From Paraspadella gotoi (Eukaryota > Animalia > Chaetognatha), in assembly GCA_051294375.1 (NCBI GenBank), contig CM119269.1, positions 19,939,936-20,003,935 of the forward strand: a DNA stretch of 64,000 nt, written 5' to 3'. The notes below the pieces were generated by a model that made no database searches, was not told the DNA's origin, and saw only the letters and a list, made by a program, of their open reading frames with translations. This document shows positions 56,475-64,000 of this stretch, piece after piece. Position 1 is the stretch's first letter; each line of letters starts with the position of its first letter. The position numbers were made by a program, and so were the translations under genes.

Positions 56475-58043
56475 AGAGAGAGAGAGAAAGGAGAGAGAGA
56501 GAGAGAGAGAATGAGAGAGAGAGAGAGAAAGAGAGAGAGAAGAGAGAGGGAGAGAGAGAGAGAAGAGAGAGTGAGAGAAGGAGAGAAGAGAAAGGAGGAG
56601 AGAGAGAGAGAGAGAGAGGAGATAGAGAGAGGAGAGAAGAGAGAGAGACTTGAGTAGAGGTAGTAGAGGCGTGGGTTTAGAAGAAACCTTATTGGCCGCT
56701 CAGACTTTCTTTTTTCCAAAACTCTCTTCCTTTTAGTCCCCCCCCCCCAATTTCTCAAAAAAAAAAAATGGTGGTGAAATGGAGTCGTCAACAATGGCGA
56801 CTTAAACATATGATGATTGACACATGTAGTCCGTTTAAAGAGGAGGAGGAAGAGGAGACAGAGGCGGAAGAGGAGACAGACGTTTGAAATGTTAAGTCGA
56901 GGAAAATAAAGCCTCAATATCGTCTAATGTTTCAAAACGAGACGAGCTCCTTCGCCAAGTAATATTTTTATTTTTACCGCGTGAGTAGAAGATGCTGAAA
57001 AAGATAAGACGACGATAAGAGACCCTAAGAGATTGTGCCACTTGACAACAGTGGGTTAGTTAATGGAGTCCTATAACGCTTCGGAGTCGGTGCAGAGATC
57101 ACAGAGGGTAAGTTAATGGAAGACGCCGTAGGGCGTTTGATTCTTTCTGAGGCGAAATCAAATCACATTGGGAGGGAATCGATTTAAACTAAAAGTGGAT
57201 AAAAACAGGTTAGAGGGAAAAATAGAGAAAGGTTCTGGTTCTGAGGGTAGATAACTAGAGTTATGGCTGAAAAAAAAACAATGGTAAAATTGTAATTAAT
57301 AGTTCCAAATAATTTTCTAAAAGGTTGATCAGAAGTTTGTTAGGAGTTACCGTGTCGTCAACTTCCCTCTTTTTCGTTTACCAAATACGCGCCTTACTGC
57401 CTCTTGGCTCCTTTCATACTAACGCTCCTCGCTCCTTAAAATATGGGGGTTGTCCTACCTTATATCATCATCATCGTCAACATCATCGTCATCATCTTCA
57501 TCATCATCGTTTTTTTATGTGCACACTGCACAGGTTTGTTAATCATATATTTTTTTGTCATCATCTGCGTCATTATCACAAGTGCCCCTTCTAAAAGTAC
57601 TTTCCAATTCGTAGTTTAAAAAAAAACTTGGTGCTCCGATCGGAAGGCGAAGGCTATTTTCTAGGAATTGCGTCGTCGACGACGACGACGACGACGACGA
57701 AGACGAAATGGCGACGACGATAAAAACGACGATTACGATAAAGAGGAGGTCTCTTCCACTAAGCCGCTATCAGGCCATTAAGAAGAACAGCAATCACTCC
57801 CGAGCTGACGCGGGTACATCTGGTCCCGAGGGGGAAAGGCCGCCCCTCCGCGCCCCCTCGGGTGGCTGTAGAGAGGATTTGAGGCGGGAGTTAGAGAGTG
57901 GGTGTGGAGTGAGGGGATGTTTTATGAAAGATAAAAGGAGCTTTTTTTTGTGAGGGGATTGTGTATTGTGAGAATCGAAGTAAGTGAGACGATCACGATT
58001 TTTTGGAAGAGAGCCTCGGGAGCGCTTGCAGTGATAGGAGGAG

Positions 58044-58091
<48 letters not shown>

Positions 58092-58575
58092 GCGCAGAGA
58101 GAGAGAGAGAGAGCAGAGAGAGAGAGAGAGATGCTTAGTTACAAATGATACAGATTCGAATATAATAGGGAAAATCGATGAAAATAAAATTCAAAGCTTT
58201 TATTTCATTTTCCTGATACGCAAAAAATGTTGAAATTTTTGGAATGAATTTATTTGAGTTCAAATAATTTTATTCGAAAAACACAAAATGCTACGAAAAT
58301 GAGAACAAAACAACTTTTTTCACTTTTTATGTAAACAAATTTTCACACATACAATTTGTAATGATATGAGTGAAAGTCGAAAAAGGAGCGATTTTGCCGT
58401 AAAGTGTCTGACTGTCTAGGGAGATGAGGAACATGTCGGCCTCACCCTGTTGGTCTCCTCTTGCTTGGCAGTAGGGAATGAGGCGACCGGGCGAAATAAA
58501 GATCAGACCGACGTCGCGGTTGGCAAAAACGAAAAAACTTAAAAAACAAATAACTTTCACTCTGAGTCTCATCTG

Positions 58576-58694
<119 letters not shown>

Positions 58695-59053
58695 ATATTC
58701 GAAAAAGAGCTTCCTCCTTATCTCCTTTATAGGCCCATTATGGTTAAGATTCTTCCGACGAGCGAAAGTCGGCTGTGACGTCGGCGGGACGCTANNNNNN
58801 NNNNNNNNNNNNNNNNNNNNNNNNNNNNNNNNNNNNNNNNNNNNNNNNNNNNNNNNNNNNNNNNNNNNNNNNNNNNNNNNNNNNNNNNNNNNNNNNNNNN
58901 NNNNNNNNNNNNNNNNNNNNNNNNNNNNNNNNNNNNNNNNNNNNNNNNNNNNNNNNNNNNNNNNNNNNNNNNNNNNNNNNNNNNNNNNNNNNNNNNNNNN
59001 NNNNNNNNNNNNNNNNNNNNNNNNNNNNNNNNNNNNNNNNNNNNNNNNNNNNN

Positions 59054-59084
<31 letters not shown>

Positions 59085-61896
59085 TTACTCTCTTTCTTCT
59101 CCTTCTCTCCCTCTTTCTCGCTCTCCCTCTCTCTCTTTTTATCTGGAAAAAAAGGTTCATCCCGTCTCTTCAAAGTATTTTCCCATCTCTTCCAAACGAG
59201 TGGCGACGCCATCGGAGGAAAAAAAGAGGGAGAGAGGAGAGCGAGGAAAAATGGGGAGAGAGAGAAAACAAAAAAACAGATGAAAAAGGCCACAGTAGAT
59301 AAGAAATTACATAGAGCACTGAAAAAGGTAAGTAAGGTCTAGGATTGATTGCAATTCGGGGAAAAAAACTGAAAGAGAAGAGAGAAAAGGTAATAGTGAG
59401 GGAAAACGTAAGAGAAGAGAAGAGAAAAGGTAATAGAGAGGGAAAACGTAAACGCGCGAAGGAGGAGAAAAAAAAGTGGGCGGGAGAGTTAAAAGTTACT
59501 TTCCTTAAATGCGTTTTCCGTGCATTTTTCTTTTTTTTTTTTCTTTTTTCTCCTCTCTCTTTCTATCTTTTTATACGGCGTGTCCCTCTCCTCCTTTTCG
59601 CGGTTTTCTCACTTTTCTTATTCTTTTCTTTATTTCTTTATTCGCCTGATTTTTTTTTTCTGTCTTTTTCAGTTTTGCTTTCTTTTTTCTTTCAGCCGAA
59701 AGCGGCTCACGGGACATTGATTTCGTCCCAGGGACGACTTGTTTTTCGCGAGCATTAGCCTCTCCCTTAAACTCACCCATTCAAGAAAGAAAATGAAATA
59801 AAAAAAAAATTCAACGAAAAAAGAACAAAAAGAGAAAATATAAATAAAAGTCAGAGGCCAAATGCGAGTAAGTCGATTAAGAGTCCGAGCAAAAACTGAT
59901 GAAAAGGTAAACGATAACAACGACTGTGTGGAAACGAACCAGCGAAACGAAGCTCGGGAATGAAGTTGATAAATGCAAATAAAGTCATATAAAAACAAAA
60001 TGAATTGACTAGAAAAATTAAATGAATGTTATGAATGACCAAAAAAATAATTTTAAAAATGACATATTTGGCTGTATAAAAGAGATGAATAGATTGAATG
60101 ACGTTTAAAATTTTAAAAAATGGCTGCTAAAACTTAATCAAGCAACTCACTTTCGAGTAAAAATTAATGACAGAAATCTAAAAAAAAAAAAAAGAATTAA
60201 GCAATGACAGGAAAAAATGATTTAAAGCCCAAAAGCAAAAAAGATCCCCTTTTCATTAAATTAATGGATAATTTATATATGTTATACCAAATTCACATCA
60301 GATAAAAAAAGACAGAGCTAAAAATAATTAAAATTAAAATTAAACCTCAAGCTAAAATCTCAGAAAGAAATGAGAAAGAAACGAGAAAAAAAAATATCAA
60401 AATTACTAATTTGACGTCGGCAGACATCAGCTCGTTTAACGTCAACTACAACATGAACCAATTTTTCTTTTTAAATTTTGACGTAATTCGCTTTATAAAC
60501 GGAAGACTTCGGAAGTGACTCAAGAAAAGTCCCTCTGCCTCTTTGACAAACAAAACTTCTATTCTAGAGAGTAAAAATTCTAGAATTAAAATCAGCCGTC
60601 GTCGTCGTCTTTGTCGTCGTCGTCTTTGTCGTCGTCGTCATCGCCGCCTTTATAGTCCTCGTTGTCGCCGTCATCATGGATGTTGTCGTCATTACTTCCG
60701 CCGCCGACGCCACTTGCATTTACGCCTCTTTCGCTGCCGGCTCCGCTCCAGCCGCCGCCGACGCCGCTGCCTCGGTCGACGTCGTTTTCGTGATAAAACG
60801 TCGATTAGTCGAAGTCACGTGACGGAATCGAACGTCGCGAACTTCCGCTTCCTTGACGACGAATCTGCCGAAAAATCTCCATGGCAACTGATCGGAGAGA
60901 GAAGACTCCGAGACAGTTATGTTAGCCACAAAAGTTTATTTGAATTATTTTTAAATTAGCTAAGAACATAGTTAATTTTTTCTGATACTTCCTTATCATC
61001 GAGTATAGAGTTATTGGCCCATCATCTCGCAAAATGGCAACCAAGAGGCATTCTTATAAACTATAAACTATAAACTAAGAATACATGGGATAACTCCATG
61101 GAAAAAAAAAGAAAACCAAGTCGGATGACGAAGACTCTCAAAGCGAATTTCGTCGGCGATAATCTCCATGGTGATGAATCTCCATGGTGACGTAACTTCA
61201 TGGTGACGATTTTCCTTTCTGATGAATTTCCATNNNNNNNNNNNNNNNNNNNNNNNNNNNNNNNNNNNNNNNNNNNNNNNNNNNNNNNNNNNNNNNNNNN
61301 NNNNNNNNNNNNNNNNNNNNNNNNNNNNNNNNNNNNNNNNNNNNNNNNNNNNNNNNNNNNNNNNNNNNNNNNNNNNNNNNNNNNNNNNNNNNNNNNNNNN
61401 NNNNNNNNNNNNNNNNNNNNNNNNNNNNNNNNNNNNNNNNNNNNNNNNNNNNNNNNNNNNNNNNNNNNNNNNNNNNNNNNNNNNNNNNNNNNNNNNNNNN
61501 NNNNNNNNNNNNNNNNNNNNNNNNNNNNNNNNNNNNNNNNNNNNNNNNNNNNNNNNNNNNNNNNNNNNNNNNNNNNNNNNNNNNNNNNNNNNNNNNNNNN
61601 NNNNNNNNNNNNNNNNNNNNNNNNNNNNNNNNNNNNNNNNNNNNNNNNNNNNNNNNNNNNNNNNNNNNNNNNNNNNNNNNNNNNNNNNNNNNNNNNNNNN
61701 NNNNNNNNNNNNNNNNTTCCGAATCAATCATTTAATTATAGTTTTTCCTTTATCTTTATTAATTTATATTCTTCATTGTATTTTTGCTTAGAGTTACAGA
61801 TGATATGTATCATGCTTTTTTTTTATTTAACAGACGTAAACTAAAAAATTGATTCACTAAAATCTACAAAATCAAACAAAAAAATAAAAAAAAACT

Positions 61897-62398
61897 ATGA
61901 CTATAATCGGCGAAGAGGACAGCGGCGAAATCGAAAAGCCGAACGACGAAGAGAAAGAAGTTGAAAAGGCGAACGTGGCCAAAACCGAAGATGCAAAGGA
62001 CAACGACGACGACAAAGTTCAAAAGGCAAAAGGAAATACGACGACTACGATCGACGAGATAATGAAGACGACGACAACGACGAATCCACCAGTCATCTCG
62101 TCCACTTCGATAATCGCCTTCAACGCTTCCCGCTCATCCTCTTCCCCCTTCTCCTCCATCACTTCTCCTCCACAGCGAATCGCCTCTCATTTGGCCCGGA
62201 TCTCCGCCCGTTCTTCGCCGAGAGACTTTTCCTCCTCGTCGTCCTCTTCGCTTTCCTCCCCAGTCTCCCTCGGCGTTCTTTCCGTTTCGAAGCTCCTTCC
62301 GCCCCATTACTTCCTCCTCTTCCTCCTCCCACTCCTTCTCTGCCCGGTCGAAGGATTCAACTTTTCCCCAGCCAAGAATTGTGCGCATCCATTTCCCG
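61897..62398 (+). CDS. First coding exon of a dachsous-like cadherin (long N-terminal extension plus signal-like segment)
   Basis: ORF ends ..YFLLFLLPLLLCPVEGFNF..HPFP g|gtgcgt; phase 1 joins tag|ac tgg gag (D-WENRIRR) at 62899. Confidence 0.6.
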
Positions 62399-62557
62399 GT
62401 GCGTACGATTTTCGGATGTCTTTTTTTTTTCAGGATTTGTTTCTGAGGTGGTCTGTACGTCTACTTGTTGCATCTGGCCGTATTCATACCAAATAAGTCA
62501 GAACTTATCATTTTTGCTAAGGCAAAGCGAACGATTTCTCAACAAATTTGAATAATT

Positions 62558-62621
62558 GTATGTATGTATGTATGTATGTATGTATGTATGTATGTATGTA
62601 TGTATGTATGTATGTATGTAT
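62558..62621. repeat. (TATG)n microsatellite
   Basis: Directly visible, intronic. Confidence 0.95.
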
Positions 62622-62898
62622 TTAAAAAAAATAATCCATCTTTTACTTGTTTCCTTTTCTTGTCCTTTGTCTCATTATTTCAATTTTGATCCTTCCACTT
62701 TTCAATCCTGGCACTTCGTATTTCTTTCTCCATTTCTCTTACCTCGCCTCCTCTTTTTCCCCCCTTTCCTTCTCTCTTCTCCTTTCTCATTTTCTCCTTT
62801 TTCCCCCTCTTCTTCCTTCTCCTTTCCTCTCCTATTTTGTTCTTCCCTCCCGACATCCCTCTTTCTTTCCCTTCTTCCAACACTCCCTCTCTTTAGAC

Positions 62899-63584
62899 TG
62901 GGAGAACCGCATCCGGCGCTNNNNNNNNNNNNNNNNNNNNNNNNNNNNNNNNNNNNNNNNNNNNNNNNNNNNNNNNNNNNNNNNNNNNNNNNNNNNNNNN
63001 NNNNNNNNNNNNNNNNNNNNNNNNNNNNNNNNNNNNNNNNNNNNNNNNNNNNNNNNNNNNNNNNNNNNNNNNNNNNNNNNNNNNNNNNNNNNNNNNNNNN
63101 NNNNNNNNNNNNNNNNNNNNNNNNNNNNNNNNNNNNNNNNNNNNNNNNNNNNNNNNNNNNNNNNNNNNNNNNNNNNNNNNNNNNNNNNNNNNNNNNNNNN
63201 NNNNNNNNNNNNNNNNNNNNNNNNNNNNNNNNNNNNNNNNNNNNNNNNNNNNNNNNNNNNNNNNNNNNNNNNNNNNNNNNNNNNNNNNNNNNNNNNNNNN
63301 NNNNNNNNNNNNNNNNNNNNNNNNNNNNNNNNNNNNNNNNNNNNNNNNNNNNNNNNNNNNNNNNNNNNNNNNNNNNNNNNNNNNNNNNNNNNNNNNNNNN
63401 NNNNNNNNNNNNNNNNNNNNNNNNNNNNNNNNNNNNNNNNNNNNNNNNNNNNNNNNNNNNNNNNNNNNNNNNNNNNNNNNNNNNNNNNNNNNNNNNNNNN
63501 NNNNNNNNNNNNNNNNNNNNNNAGGCGGCCGGTGGTGGCGCTCATAGAAACATCGCTCCGCCATCTTACACCCAAACATTTCAG
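62899..63584 (+). CDS. Cadherin propeptide exon(s), interrupted by an N gap
   Basis: WENRIRR (R-X-R-R furin-like) before the gap; AAGGGAHRNIAPPSYTQTFQ|gtgac after it. Confidence 0.5.
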
Positions 63585-63719
63585 GTGACATTTACCGAAC
63601 GCGTCCATTCACTAGGGGCATAATGCGCTAATAACTGATAAATCCGTATTTACTTAACCAATTTGTTCACTGTGCTGTTATCACGACGTGTTTTAACAAT
63701 TTCCCACTTTGATCACCAG

Positions 63720-63834
63720 ATGAGAGAGGAGTCGCCTGTCGGGACTCTCATCGGCGTCGTGGGTCAGGATCTCCTCACGGAAAACAACGGAGTCCCTCGC
63801 CCACCCTTTTTCATTGCGGCGAACACCGACGCGG
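63720..63834 (+). CDS. Start of the first cadherin repeat, dachsous/protocadherin-like
   Basis: cag|MREESPVGTLIGVVGQDLLTENNGVPRPPFFIAANTDA g|gtgagc; EE.P.GTLIG is the EC1 start of protocadherin/dachsous proteins and PPFFI recalls the PPY/FI segment of dachsous. Confidence 0.8.
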
Positions 63835-64000
63835 GTGAGCGAGTTGGTTGGTGAGAGGTTTAATGAGTTGGCTGTTGTGGGGGTAGGTGATTTGGGTGGG
63901 TGAGCATCTAGGGTTCGACAGGTTTGTACTTAAACAAGGAACGGTTATTCCAAGGTGTTGCGCCGCATTACTTTTCTTTTTACTTATCATTAAAAACAAA

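Noticed and set aside
60590-60800. Arg-rich ORF 60543-60959
   Set aside because: Derived from (GTC)n/(GCC)n low-complexity sequence seen throughout the window.
61160-61210. Three ~16-bp repeats containing catggtga; CRISPR-like array considered
   Set aside because: No unique spacers, eukaryotic context; simple minisatellite.

Overview
Eukaryotic (invertebrate metazoan) genomic DNA from a draft assembly, with many N gaps, abundant (AG)n/(AAAG)n microsatellites, indel-rich patches and near-identical adjacent duplications that look like gap-filling artefacts. Supportable content: (1) a secreted fibrinogen-related-domain (FReD) gene (-); (2) an SLC36/proton-coupled amino-acid transporter-like gene (+); both have one exon on the opposite strand, probably local assembly inversions; (3) a full-length ~5.2 kb Ty3/gypsy LTR retrotransposon with CsRn1-clade traits (-); (4) a decayed multi-exon gene for an unrecognised type II membrane protein (-), whose last exon is split by a 2,048-bp foldback element with an 8-bp target-site duplication; (5) an intact 5-exon gene for a 259-aa secreted protein consisting only of a signal peptide, ~8 residues, a D-P-H motif and the C-terminal domain of inter-alpha-trypsin inhibitor heavy chains (present twice within a ~6.9 kb duplication); (6) the 5' exons of a dachsous-like cadherin (+). 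The stand-alone ITIH C-terminal-domain gene is the best candidate for something novel. All family calls come from motif recognition by eye; no searches were run.
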